The translations under genes and the position numbers were made by a program. A model generated the notes under the pieces. The model made no database searches. It was not told the origin of the DNA and saw nothing but the letters and a program-made list of their open reading frames with translations. A stretch of DNA of 64,000 nt from Octopus bimaculoides (lineage: Eukaryota). The stretch covers positions 67,079,245 to 67,143,244 of the forward strand of contig NC_068983.1 of NCBI RefSeq assembly GCF_001194135.2, read 5' to 3'. Below, piece by piece: positions 13,690 through 25,939 of this stretch (the first letter of the stretch is position 1; the number at the start of each line of letters is the position of its first letter).

Positions 13690-14400
13690 TGTCCTCCTGT
13701 AGGAATTTCAACCATGTTTCGTGGTCTGCTACCACAACAGCTCCTTTATAGGATCCAGTTAGCTCAAGACATCATCAGGAGGAACCATGTCCGGTTTCGG
13801 CCCCTACTCCTCTACCGTTTTGACGTGGCGGGGCCACCCCCTTTCGGAGGTGTCTTCAGCTCTGGTGTTGGGTGCATGTCTTCTTTCACTGTTTGTGACT
13901 GTTCTAATTCAACTGTGGAATGTCCCTCGCTATGGTTATTTTCCAGGAGGTTCTGGCCACACGTCTTACGGTTCATCAACCCGCGTTGTTGAATTACTTT
14001 CTATTTAACTGATGAAGCTAAGAAGAAATAATATAGTTTGTTAGACTTTTGGCCAATCTTTCAATATTGGATTGATTTGTAGAAATATCACTGATTAGTG
14101 CAGTTGAGTCACTTGATAGGTTTGTCATTCAATTAAGCATTTCTGATTTTGAAAAGATTTTTAACTTCAATGTTTCTATCATTTAAAAACTCTGATTTTA
14201 AAAGGGTTTATTTGAAAACCCAGTCTAGTTTGGTTGCTCATTCAACAACTGCCTTTTTTCACTGTTTCTCTGCATCTTTTTTCTTGTTATCCTTCACCTA
14301 CAGCTTCTCTTCCACTTCATCCTCTCATCTCTCTGGCTTACCCATCCCCATAACTCCTACACCTTTCTTTTGGTGACTCTGCAACCTCAACACCTTCATT
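13690..14400 (-). mobile_element. Probable Penelope-like element remnant: decayed coding-like segment followed by a GC-rich structured end with two hammerhead-like cores
   Basis: The minus strand has CTGAAGA...GAAAC and CTGATGA...GAAAC in tandem. The terminus loosely resembles the PLE terminal repeat at 58140-58182 (tagcag...aattcct). The upstream frames are long but interrupted by stops. Confidence 0.45.
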
Positions 14401-14917
14401 TATGATTTCACTTAGGCATAGCAATACAAATAACCACTTATTAAAACTCAATATACATATGCTTTAGAATTAAACATTAGTCATAAAGATGTTCTTTATC
14501 AATATTTCTGTAACTCTTACTGGATTAATTTCATACTGTTGATTCATACAAAGTTGTAGAATGCAATAAAGCTATTAATTCTAAATTAAATATACAACAT
14601 TTATTGCTTTATCTATCCCTTATCTAACTAGACAGTATTTTACAGATTGTTAGAGGAAATATTAAAATTAATTTATATATCTACATGAAATATATAGTAA
14701 TATTTTAACATTCTGGTACTGTATATAAAAGTATTTCATAGATATCAGTAACGTGTGTTAGATTCATCTAAGACTTTCTAAAGCAGTAAAAAGAAACTGA
14801 TAAAGTAGAACATCTTTGAAACATTTTGTGGTTTAATCCTTTACTGAAAGGAAATATATATTAATTAGCTTGTATACTGAATAACTTTTAGCTTGGTAAA
14901 ACTCTTATTAATTTAAT

Positions 14918-15308
14918 GGAGTGGCTGTGTAGTAAGTAGCTTGCTTACCAACTATATGGTTCCAGGTTCATTCCCACTGCATGACACCTTGGGCAAATGT
15001 TTTCTACTATAGCCTTGGGCCGACCAAAGCCTTGTGAGTGGATTTGGTAGATGGAAACTGAAAAAAGCCCATCGTATATATATATATATATGTGTTTGTG
15101 TGTCTGTGTTTGTCTCCCCAACATCACTTGACAACCGATGTTGGTGTGTTTATGTCCCCGTAACTTAGCAGTTTGGCAAAAGAGACCTGATAGAATAAGT
15201 ACTAGGCTTACAAAGAATACATCCTGGGGGCGATTTGCTCGACTAAAAGGTGGTGCTCCAGCATGGCTGCAGTCAAATGACTGAAACAAGTAAAAGAGTA
15301 AAAGAGAA
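14918..15308 (+). mobile_element. tRNA-derived SINE
   Basis: A-box-like gtggctgtgtagtaag, B-box-like ggttcattccc, internal (TA/TG)n and (gtaaaaga)n tail. A second copy lies at 18843-19269. Confidence 0.85.
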
Positions 15309-16770
15309 AGTAATCTTGAAACATCGCCCATTGTTTGTAATTTCATTTCCTTAGGAAATATGGAACACAATTTACACTTTGTTAATCTCTTTAGTAATAA
15401 TTTCTCTCCTATATTATATTTGTATTGTTTCTTGACAATTAGCTAGATTGTTATTCAAAGTGAGTTTAATCTTTATGTTCTGCATTCAGTGACAAGTTTT
15501 AAAAAGTAATAAAAATCAAAATATCGAAAGGATAAATTTATCAATTCGAGTCTTCTATAAAAGCTATGTTTCTCCACTTCAAGATGGGCACCTGCATGTT
15601 GATTTATCTTTTAATTTATTCATAGCTTTCTGACTGGCCAACATATTTGCTGGTACTACTCTAAATAATATTTTGTTCAAATCACTTCAACAAACTTATT
15701 TTTTTTCTATGATGTTTCAGTTCATAAAAATGGTTATCCAAAAAGAGACATTATAATACTGTTCAATATTGAAAGGATTTAATAAATACAAAGAACTATT
15801 CAATAAAATTCTTTAAAAGAAAATAACCTCAATTAATGGTTTCAGTTAGATATTACTAGATGTCTACATTCATTTTCTGTTAATTTTTAAGTAGTATAAA
15901 TGGTGAATAAGCAAAGGCATCAATGTTGTTAACTCATTATAAATATTACCTCTTGTAAATTACTGCATAAAAAGTGTGTTCATGATGAGTGTTGCCTGAA
16001 TGGATGGAAGATATAAAGTAGACTTAGAGCTGTATCATCTTCATTTCCTTCTTTGAGTCTAATAGAATGTTTAGTACTAAGATATTTTGAAGCTATATGT
16101 GAGGTCTTTCATTATACATAACAGTTTGAAAATAGCTATGCAATTAAGTAGCAGAAGAAAAATTGTGTTAGAGCAGTATTCATGATAAGTGAACAATAAT
16201 AGAGATTCTTAATAACGAAGGCTACAACTTTTACAGTTGGAAGAAAGTTTTCTGTGACACTGTTTTTATTAGGTTAAAGAGATACTACTTTATATAAAGC
16301 TATATTCTTTATGTAACAATGCTAACTTCAAATACATTTGTTTACATAAACTTATATAACTAACTGGTTCAAACTTTCCTCTTTAGCATCTCAAACGTCT
16401 TTTCAGTAAGATAACAAGCTTCACATAAATGTAGTATGTTATTTGAGTAATTTATACTTAGTGATATGCCAGACCTATATATATTTGCTAGTAGCAAATT
16501 ATTGATAATCTCTCCACTTTGAGTATACTTATCATCATCTTTTTAATGCCCAATTTTCCATGTTTGCATGGGTTAGACAGGAGTTGTTAAAGTGGATTTT
16601 TTTACAACTGGATGCCCTTCCTGTCACCAACCCTTATCCAATACCAAACAAGGTAATATTTTCCCGTGGGCAGACAAGTTTTTTGCAGAATATTGGAAAT
16701 TTATGACACACAAGGTCAAAACAAAGGAACACATGCTCTTTTTAACACACACACATATTTATGTGTGCAT

Positions 16771-16825
<55 letters not shown>

Positions 16826-17423
16826 AACTAGTAAAATCAGTAGCAAATTATTTAAATAAAAGAATCTTAAGGAACTTACAAAAGCACTACTCAAGCACAT
16901 AATAATGAACCTTAAGTAAGTTCTGCTTTGATTTAATAAATTACACAAATATAGCCTTTTACATGATATCTTCCTTTGATTTTTCCATACATACACAGTG
17001 ATATACAGAAAAGCAGACAACTTATGTTAGATTTATTCAATAACTTCTCTTATCCAAATGCATTGCTTATTTTTTCTAGTATTTATCACTTGGTCTTGTT
17101 TCATAGAAAGAGAACGATTGTTTAGTTTCTGTATTTACTTAGTTTTCTTTGAATTCTGTTATCTTAAGAAATGCTTTTTATGCCTTTCTAGTTCTTTTTT
17201 TATTTTCTTATTTTGATCACTTTTATAGCTAACCTCATCCAATCAACTAGAACTGATAGTTTTATAGATCATCTTAAAAACTACAAAAAGGAAAATATCA
17301 AAATGAGTGCATAAGAAATAAACATCTGAGCTATTAGAAATATCCAGTATTTCTGTTTAGGTTCATGTCTAAGAAGGAAATGAATAGAGCCACATCTTGG
17401 TGTAAGTCGTATTTCCACTCTAT

Positions 17424-17818
17424 AAGAGCAGCTGTCTGGCTTCCATGCCGATGGCACGTAAATAGCACTAGCATGATCGTTACCAATGTCGCCTTCCTGG
17501 CACATGAAAAGACATTCGAGCGAGATCGTTGCCAGTGCCGATGGACTGGCTCCTGTGCAGGTGGCACGTAAAATACACCATTTCAAGCATGGCCATCGCC
17601 AGTACTGCCTGACTGGCCTTTGTGCCGGTGGCATGTAAAAGCACCCACTACACTCTCTGAGTGGTTGGCGTTAGGAAGGGCATCCAGCTGTAGAAACTCT
17701 GCCAAATCAGATTGGAGCCTGGTGTCGCCTCCTGGTCCACCAGACCTCAGTCAAATCGTCCAACCCATGCTAGCATGGAAAGCAGACGTTAAACAACGAT
17801 GATGATGATGATGATGAA
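17424..17818 (+). mobile_element. Abundant (ATG)n-tailed retroposon 3' family (SINE or RTE 3' end)
   Basis: ggttggcgttaggaagggcatccagctgtagaaactctgcc...catgctagcatggaaagcagacgttaaac(gat)n. Other copies at 34355-34583 (+), 37146-37570 (-) and 55623-55853 (-), with decayed copies at ~16548-16640 (-) and ~19770-20000 (+). Confidence 0.85.
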
Positions 17819-18431
17819 GGNNNNNNNNNNNNNNNNNNNNNNNNNNNNNNNNNNNNNNNNNNNNNNNNNNNNNNNNNNNNNNNNNNNNNNNNNNNNNNNN
17901 NNNNNNNNNNNNNNNNNNNNNNNNNNNNNNNNNNNNNNNNNNNNNNNNNNNNNNNNNNNNNNNNNNNNNNNNNNNNNNNNNNNNNNNNNNNNNNNNNNNN
18001 NNNNNNNNNNNNNNNNNNNNNNNNNNNNNNNNNNNNNNNNNNNNNNNNNNNNNNNNNNNNNNNNNNNNNNNNNNNNNNNNNNNNNNNNNNNNNNNNNNNN
18101 NNNNNNNNNNNNNNNNNNNNNNNNNNNNNNNNNNNNNNNNNNNNNNNNNNNNNNNNNNNNNNNNNNNNNNNNNNNNNNNNNNNNNNNNNNNNNNNNNNNN
18201 NNNNNNNNNNNNNNNNNNNNNNNNNNNNNNNNNNNNNNNNNNNNNNNNNNNNNNNNNNNNNNNNNNNNNNNNNNNNNNNNNNNNNNNNNNNNNNNNNNNN
18301 NNNNNNNTATATATGAATTTGTTTTACAAGATACCTGATGGGAAACCATGTGTTGAAATAGATATTGTTATATTTTGAGATGGTAATTTTTTTTTTTGGT
18401 CTTTTTGCCTCATAAACATATGCACTATATA

Positions 18432-18670
18432 TTTGTTCTTCACTCATTTATTCTTCTTATTTTATCTTATGTCCATTGTCTGGAAATCTTTTGTCACACA
18501 TCTGGGACCTCTTCAGTAACTCTTTCCATCCCCCCAGTCCATTCCATTCTCCAGCAGGAGGATACACGTGGATGGAAAGGATCGCTAAAGAGGTCACAGA
18601 TGTGTGACATGATTCCCAGACAATGGACATAAGATAAAATAAGAACAATAATAAACAAGTGAAGAACAAA
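18432..18670. repeat. Long hairpin with about 100-bp arms (18432-18531 / 18570-18670) and a 38-nt loop
   Basis: ttgttcttcact...atgtccattgtctggaaatc...gtcacacatctg...ctctttccatcc is the reverse complement of ggatggaaag...cagatgtgtgac...cagacaatggacataagataaaataagaa...gtgaagaacaaa. The ORF track gives near-identical peptides on opposite strands. Confidence 0.85.
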
Positions 18671-18842
18671 ACTTTGTATGTGGCAGAACTGCCGGAGAAA
18701 TAAACTCAAGGAATATACAGGGAGTGGATGTTTTTAATGTGCAAAGGGATCTTTACAAGTAGTATATTGTTTCTGCTGCCTAGGGTGACCTAATTAGAAG
18801 TGGAGAAGTTTTGAAAATATAGTTGCTAAGAGTATAGACGTA

Positions 18843-19007
18843 AGAGCGGCTGTGTGGTAAGTAGCTTGCTTACGAACCACATGGTTCCGGGTTCAGTCCC
18901 ACTGCATGGCGCCTTGGGCAAGTGTATTCTACTATAGCCTCGGGCCGACCAAAGCCTTGTGAGTGGATTTGGTAGGCGGAAACTGAAAGAAGCCCGCTGT
19001 ATATATG

Positions 19008-19060
<53 letters not shown>

Positions 19061-19269
19061 ACGTGTGTGTGTATATATGTTTGTTTGTCCCTCCAACATC
19101 GCTTGTCAACCAATGCTGGTGTGTTTACGTCCCCGTAACTTAGCAGTTTGGCAAATGAGACTGATAGAATAAGTACTAGGCTTACAAAGAATACGTCCTG
19201 GGGGCGATTTGCTCGACTAAAGATGGTGCTCCAGCATGGCTACAGTCAAATGACTGAAACAAGTAAAAG
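18843..19269 (+). mobile_element. tRNA-derived SINE (same family as 14918-15308)
   Basis: Colinear high similarity with the 14918 copy over its whole length. Confidence 0.85.
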
Positions 19270-21529
19270 CTACCATTGTTGATACCCCCTTCCCAACCTT
19301 TGTTCATCACTCACTACTTTCACTCCTCAGTGCATCCCTGTCTCCCCTTTCCACACTTAACATCATCTCACTATTTCACATTTATCTGCAATTTTATCAT
19401 ACTGTTGCTCCTCCCCCTTTTTGTACTGTTACTTATCACTCCTATTTCCTTCAGTTCACAATTCACTATAATCACCTCTATCCTTATCTTTAATTATCTG
19501 CTACTCACATTTCACTCTCTCACAAAATTAACTATCCACCCATCTTTTCTGATCCTCTGTCCCTATTCTCTCTTATATTTCACCATCTAGTACCTTAATG
19601 GTAAATCCTGCCCACCACCATCTTTTCTGTCTTTCAACTTAGGGTAGCCAGGTGGTAAGAGAACAAAAAATAGTGGTGATATGGTGACACAAGACACATT
19701 TTCCTGTCCATCTATCATACTTTAACCTTCCAGTATCTGGCATAAAGCTACCTCTTTTAATACCACACCACCACCACTCAGTTGAGAGGGGTCATGTCTT
19801 GTGAGTTACTTATTAGTTCCAGTGTCATTGAAAAAGTATTTAGTATACTTTATAAAGTAGTTAGCATTAGGAAAGGAATCTAGCCTTAGAAACTATGCCA
19901 AAGCAGATACTAGAGGTTGACATAGTCCTCTGACTCATCAGATGCTATTGAGCCATCCTGCCCATGCCAGTATGAATGATGGACATTAAATGATGATGTT
20001 GAGATGTGTGTATTTCACCTCATCACATCATATATAAATATGTTTACTTGCAGCAGTGACACAGGTACATGATTCTTTTTGATACATTTTAAAATTCATT
20101 ATCATTGCTGTGAAGTCTTAAATAATTAACTCTTGCCATGGTTTGCACAATCCAGAAACCATTATAATTTTGCAGTTGTATTTTACAAATATCCAATAGA
20201 AGTATTCAGTCACCATGAATAGACTTGCTTATGTCTTTCAACAGATTGTTTCCAAATTTTTCATTCATGTATGAGTACATACACACTTTTTTTAATCTTT
20301 GGATTTACATATGCATATATGTATGTATACTTAATTTAGAATTATTATGTAACTTAAATATGTTATTAAATTTTTGTAATTTGTCACTATTTTGCTACTG
20401 AATAGCTTAGTAATGTTATAAGTAAAAAATAGTAAACTAGGATACTTTGAAACACAAAATGTTTCATGAGAAACTAGATAGCATGGTAGATATCTCAATA
20501 TGCAGACAAAATCAACATTGACTGTATGTATACAAAAGTATGAAAGGGAGTTGTAATTGCAGATGATAATTGTTTCCATGGTCATTATCCCGAGAAATGT
20601 ATGTTATATTATCAGTGTATTTACTGTTAATATTCAAAGTTGAGAAATTTGTGCAAAAGTGTGTAAGGGTCTTACTTGAAAGGTCACAAGGCATAATACC
20701 ATCTATAATTATATTAATATGTAACCACTGCTAAGATTTGATTTACTTCCAGAAGAATTAGGATGTCTTGTTTTTAGTTATTAGGTCACATTCATTTGAT
20801 TTGTGGTAAATAATGTAGTAAAAGATGTCATAAAGTACTGATGTGACCTCATTCAGCTCGATCTCTATGATATTATTAGCTGATTAACTGTTTCTCTTTC
20901 TCTTTTCTTTTTTTTAAATTTGATATCTGATTTTCATTGAAGCACTTAAATATAGTCTCTCCATTTCCTATATCTCATCTATTATTTCTCACATCAAACA
21001 TATACTAGATACAATCAATGAATTGGTGAGAGTTCATAATGAGCAACATGAGAAGACCAATGTATCTAATAGCAAAATGAGAAATAGTAAATTTCTTGCA
21101 GCTTTGTATGAAAGAAACTTCTTAAGTGTTGAAAATAAGACATCCATGAAGTATTCAAATTATATATAAAATTTAACTAACAGATTATTGTATTTACTTT
21201 CTCAATCTATTATATAGCACCATGTCACATATGCTTGTAAACACATTTTTGTGTATGTGGGTAGGTATGTGTATGAATTTGTGCAAGTTGGTGTTTGTCA
21301 AGGCTAGTTTTCATTCCCCCTCTATTACAATTCTCCAAGCTATAACAGAGGAGTTAAAGACCAGCTGTCTGTAGAAACTGTGATAACTTTGTACTTATAG
21401 TAGAGGATATGCAAATTTAGAGAAGTAATTCTACACATGCAAATGAAATATAGATTCTAGAATTTTCAGAATAAACTTAGTAAAGATTAAAGTTGTAGCA
21501 TGTAGAAAAGAAGCATGAACTTTGCTGCC

Positions 21530-22010
21530 TTCAGGGAAACAGCCATATTTGATATGCAGAAGAGAAGGTAGAAATTCTTTTTGTGAACACAATATGATCT
21601 GTGGGTGCACAAAAGATGTAGTGAAATCAAAGACAGTGAGTAAAGACATTGTTTGTGGTTGATGCACAGGACTGGTGAATGGCCAAAGTAACAATTAAAT
21701 AAATTCTTTTCACTGCTCAGAAGGTACTAAAGAAGTTCATTGCTTCTGTCATCTAGGCAGCCTAAACAGCAGTAGAGGAAGGTTCTGTGAAAGCCAGATT
21801 AACAATTGGGTAGGAAAAGTTCAAGAAGCTATTCCCTCTGCTGACAACACAGGTATTTTCTCTTTGTGTGAAGGGTAGACTTTATGATACTTGTGTATGA
21901 ACTCCAGTTATTTTCTGCTAACGAGATGTGAGCACTAGATGCAGAGGATCTGCAAAGACTAGAAAGAAATGAAGCAAGTATACTTTGCTGGATGTATAAT
22001 GATAATGTTT
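21530..22010 (+). mobile_element. Decayed RTE LINE RT fragment with a PHD-like Cys/His insert
   Basis: PYLICRREGRNS...LWVHKRCSEIK, then F.HLGS, VKGRLYDTCV and EDLQRLERNEASILCWM motifs. Many frameshifts. Confidence 0.7.
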
Positions 22011-22214
22011 GTAAATGATGTGGTACAGATAAACTGAAAGAAGCTCATCCGGACTATTGTTGAGGACACTACTTGCCCAAGGTGCGATGAATTCAAAACC
22101 AAATGGTTGGGAAACAAACTTCTCAGCACACAGCTATGCTTGCACCTCTAGCTATAAATATATATAAATTCTTACATTACATCTACCTCAGGTCATGGAA
22201 TTTCGCTCTTATAA

Positions 22215-22690
22215 AAATTGTATGACAACTAATTTAGGATACATTCTGTAATTTTACTCTTATGGAAACGTTGATAAACTTTAAGACTCTAAAAAGTACA
22301 CTTGATGAAGTGAAATTCTCAACTATGAATAGTGCTTGGAAGAATATATCGCCAGACTGTATCTATGACTTTACAAATTTTCCACAGGCTGAAAGTTTAA
22401 TTCAAATTTGAAAAGATATGAAATATTTGTATATGGATCAAAAAAGACAGGTTGATGTAGTTGAGTTGCTTGTGTCTCATAGATATTGCTTATCTAATGA
22501 GGAGCCAGTGTTTTTAAGGAAAGATGACAATACAGGTGTCAGTATGCAATTACACCATTTCCACTTATTTTAACTGCAAAGAAAATTGCTAAAGTGTTGG
22601 TACCTATTAAGGAAGTTCTGCAAGCTTTTACTGATAACAACCTTAATCATAAATGTAACATAAAAATTACAAGATGAGTTTACAATGAGA
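22215..22690 (+). mobile_element. Tigger/pogo-like transposase C-terminal remnant
   Basis: DEVKFSTMNSAWKNISPDCIYDFTNF and DVVELLVSH...LSNEE resemble the Tigger motifs EVKPSTMNACWKKLWPECVHDFKGF and DVDELLESH.EELTNED. Confidence 0.6.
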
Positions 22691-22734
22691 TCAGTTCCAA
22701 CACTCACTGAGGTGTATGAAGAAATGATATACCA

Positions 22735-22935
22735 TAAACACCAAGATTCCAAGTTCGATTCCAGTCAGTGACTTTAATAATAATAACAACCTCAAAAAAT
22801 ACCTTAGGAATGAGAACCGAGGTTCAAAAAATTTCTGCAAGACACCTGATGAAGGCTGGAGGGTATATCAGCCAAAACATTGTGTTAACAACAAACAAGA
22901 TGAGGACAAATGTCTGTCAAATATAAATAATGTAA
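22735..22935 (+). mobile_element. 5'-truncated tRNA-type SINE with a Penelope-like hammerhead tail
   Basis: B-box GTTCGATTCC at 22753-22762, then an (aat)n spacer, then a hammerhead-like motif at 22841-22886. Confidence 0.55.
22841..22886 (+). ncRNA. Minimal type I hammerhead ribozyme-like motif, probably inactivated
   Basis: Stem I GACAC/GTGTT, core CTGATGA, stem II GGCTG/CAGCC, then AAAAC-ATT where GAAAC-GTT is expected. Confidence 0.55.
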
Positions 22936-23538
22936 AAAATACAAAGTGCGAGTAAATGGAATATGAACTATTTTTTCGAACAATGAAAGACACAAATGGA
23001 AAACAAGACAAACAACGACCCTTCATCAGTTGTTGGCTGTTTTTCTACTCTCATATTTCGAGCATTTAACAACAATATTTGCTTTCAATAAAATAGTTGA
23101 TCCTGCAAAGCAAATTAAATAAAATTTGGGATTTTGTGGAGGGTCAAAAATGGTGACACAAACAGGACAGTAACAACAAACAAGGAGGACTGCTAAGCCT
23201 AAACGAGGTTGTGGTTATGGTGGTGAACACGTAAATCAAGCTCGGACAGGAGACAGAGAAGACCACGTCTTCCTTGTTCCAGCTACAACAGAGAGAAAGA
23301 AAGAAACACAAGTTAGGAGAAGAAAGAAAGATGGCCGATGGTTACATGGGAACCACGTGAGCAAGGGAGGTGGAGTGAGGGAGAGAGAGTGACAGAATAA
23401 TAGAATAGAATAGTGGGAAGAGGAGGTAAAAGAATCAGAGAGAGAAAGAGAGAAAAACGAAAGAATAAAAAGATTGCATAGAGTGCGCATCAGAATTGTT
23501 AAGATAAAACTTACTTGGAAGAGGATGCGTGGTGTTCA

Positions 23539-23605
<67 letters not shown>

Positions 23606-23848
23606 GCATATATACATACATATATGTACATACATCTATACATATATAGGCATAAAGCATATGTGGGCACAGGACGTCATGAAATGTATACAACAAAAAA
23701 ATATGAAGTACAAGTACATGGAATATGAACTATTTTTTCAACAACGAAAGACACAAATGGAAAACAAAACAAACACCATAAAGAACGACCCTTCATCAGT
23801 TGTTGGCTGTTTTTCTACTCTTGTATTTCGAGTATTTAGCAACAATAT
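22934..23848 (-). mobile_element. Non-coding element bounded by about 145-bp direct repeats (22934-23078 and 23695-23848), each with CTGATGA on the minus strand
   Basis: Both repeats contain atggaatatgaactattttttc...gacacaaatggaaaacaa...acgacccttcatcagttgttggctgtttttctactc...tttcgag. The CTGATGA motifs are 770 nt apart. The interior is purine-rich with a (TA)n tract and no ORF. Confidence 0.65.
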
Positions 23849-23865
23849 ATATATANNNNNNNNNN

Positions 23866-23940
<75 letters not shown>

Positions 23941-23944
23941 TATA

Positions 23945-24587
23945 CATGATATGATCAATAAATATCCGGATTGTTGCCATAGTAATGAAGCTAAAGCATT
24001 TAGAGTGAAGCTGCTCGGCACAGATTGACCTTAAACTCTCCTGTGCATGTGCACTAAGTTTTAATGTTCTAGCTCACTTTCGCTGTTTACCGAAGTCCTT
24101 GGAAGTTACGTGTGTAGCATATGTTCATTGCGTTGACCATGACAGAAAAAGTTGAGCAGAGAATCTGCATCAAGTTTTGCCAAAAGCTTGCCTATGCCTG
24201 TTCAAAGACCTACGCAGTTTTCAAAAAGTTTTCATCTTTCTCAACACATTCAAGGAGATTCTGTGCAACTGAAATCTGAGTGTCTTTTTGGTCAGCTGAA
24301 AGCAGTTTTGGCACAAACTTGGCAGACAAGCGTCTCATACCCAAATCTTCAGTGATAATGGACTAATTTGCACATCCTCTGCTAACTCACGGTTGGTGAT
24401 GCAAAGATCATATGTTACACATGTTACTTTGAAGCACTGTTGTAAGCAGCGGAAGTGAGCTCGAACATTAAAATTTACTGCACATGCACAACAGAGGTCA
24501 AGGTCAATTTGTGCCAAGTGGCTTCACTCTGCGTGCTTTAGTTTTGTTACTATGGCAACAGTCCAGATACTTATTGGTCAGACCTTG
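23945..24587. mobile_element. Mariner-derived MITE made of two inverted left (5') ends
   Basis: TA-flanked TIRs (catgatatgatcaataaatatccgga / ccagatacttattggtcagaccttg) and long inverted arms. The + strand reads MTEKVEQRICIKFCQKL; the - strand reads RELAEDVQIS...DLGMRRLSAKFVPKLLSADQK. Confidence 0.8.
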
Positions 24588-24618
24588 TATATATGCATAC
24601 ATATATGTGTGTGTGTGA

Positions 24619-24655
<37 letters not shown>

Positions 24656-25939
24656 ATTTGTGCATAGATATAAGTCTTATATTTAATGTGTTTGATGGAT
24701 TGGTTGAATCATTCATGAACTGGGTAAAATGCTTTGTGATATATATGGCCATTAGATTCTGTCAACCAAATGAAGTACCAGTCAAAATCTGGGGTCAGTT
24801 TAATCAGCTTTTCTTTCCTCTAATATGTAATCTGCTTATGTAAGAATTTAATATTTATGTGTATTCATGTGTGTGTAAATAAGCATAAATAATATTTTTA
24901 ACTTTATGATTTCTGCCCTCAAACTTTACGTGTATAAAGGAAAAACAGAGAGAGAGTGATGCATATTCAATGGAATTTTACTGAATAACCTTTTCGTTTA
25001 CCTCGAATTCAATTAAAGGTTGGGTTCTTAATAATCATCCATCAAAATATTTGAGAATGATATAATTTCTGACATTTGTTTTCATTTTTAAAATTGATTT
25101 ATCACACTTAAAATCAGCAAGAAATGTAACATTACCCTTTATTTATGGTTAAAATCATTTCTGCTGTTATTGGAACATCTAATGTCAGTTTCTTTCCCTG
25201 AAATACTTACGGAATTAAATGCTGAACTCTACTTAATCAACATTTGTTCAATGAGAAGCTTCTAAATATTGAACATCTTCAGCACTCAGGAGAAATATGA
25301 AATGTAAAATAGAACTTCAAAGTTATCTTACGATGAGTTGGCATGCGGTAATGATTGCATTCAGTTTCTTACTTTCGAAAACTAAAATTCATCACTAATT
25401 CAGTTGATGGAATGCCTGGCAGAGGAATGCATATAAATGGGAACACATTCCTTTGTAACTAAATTATTTTAAAAAATCAATTTTAGTTTAAAAGTAGAAA
25501 TGTAGTGGCAGACCTTAAGAACTGACACAGAAAGTGTAAGTTTTTTTGTTAATGATTCCATTATTGAATACTTTCATTCTTTATTTTGTAAAGTTCTTAA
25601 TTTTTTTCAGTCTTTTTAATTTCATGTTGATAATGACTAATATCCATTATACTGATGTCATTAAATTTCTTTTAAGAGTAAATCTGGAGTCAAGGTGAAA
25701 TCAAGTGGTTACACTTAGGAAGAAAGCTTGTAATATATATACTAGTTAAATTTTTAAAAGCAACACTATTATGGCACTTAAACTATTTTCAGTAAGAGAT
25801 GAAGACATTATGCCCTTTTGTTCATTTCCAGTTATTTTTGTCACTTTGTACATAATCAAAATACTTTCACTTTCTACACATCCTTTCTAAGTGTCAGCCA
25901 ATTTACTAAGTAGAACACAATGCAGTATAAGAAGTTGTC

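Noticed and set aside
14918-15010. tRNA-like A/B boxes
   Set aside because: These are SINE heads; no cloverleaf or acceptor stem, so not called as tRNA genes.
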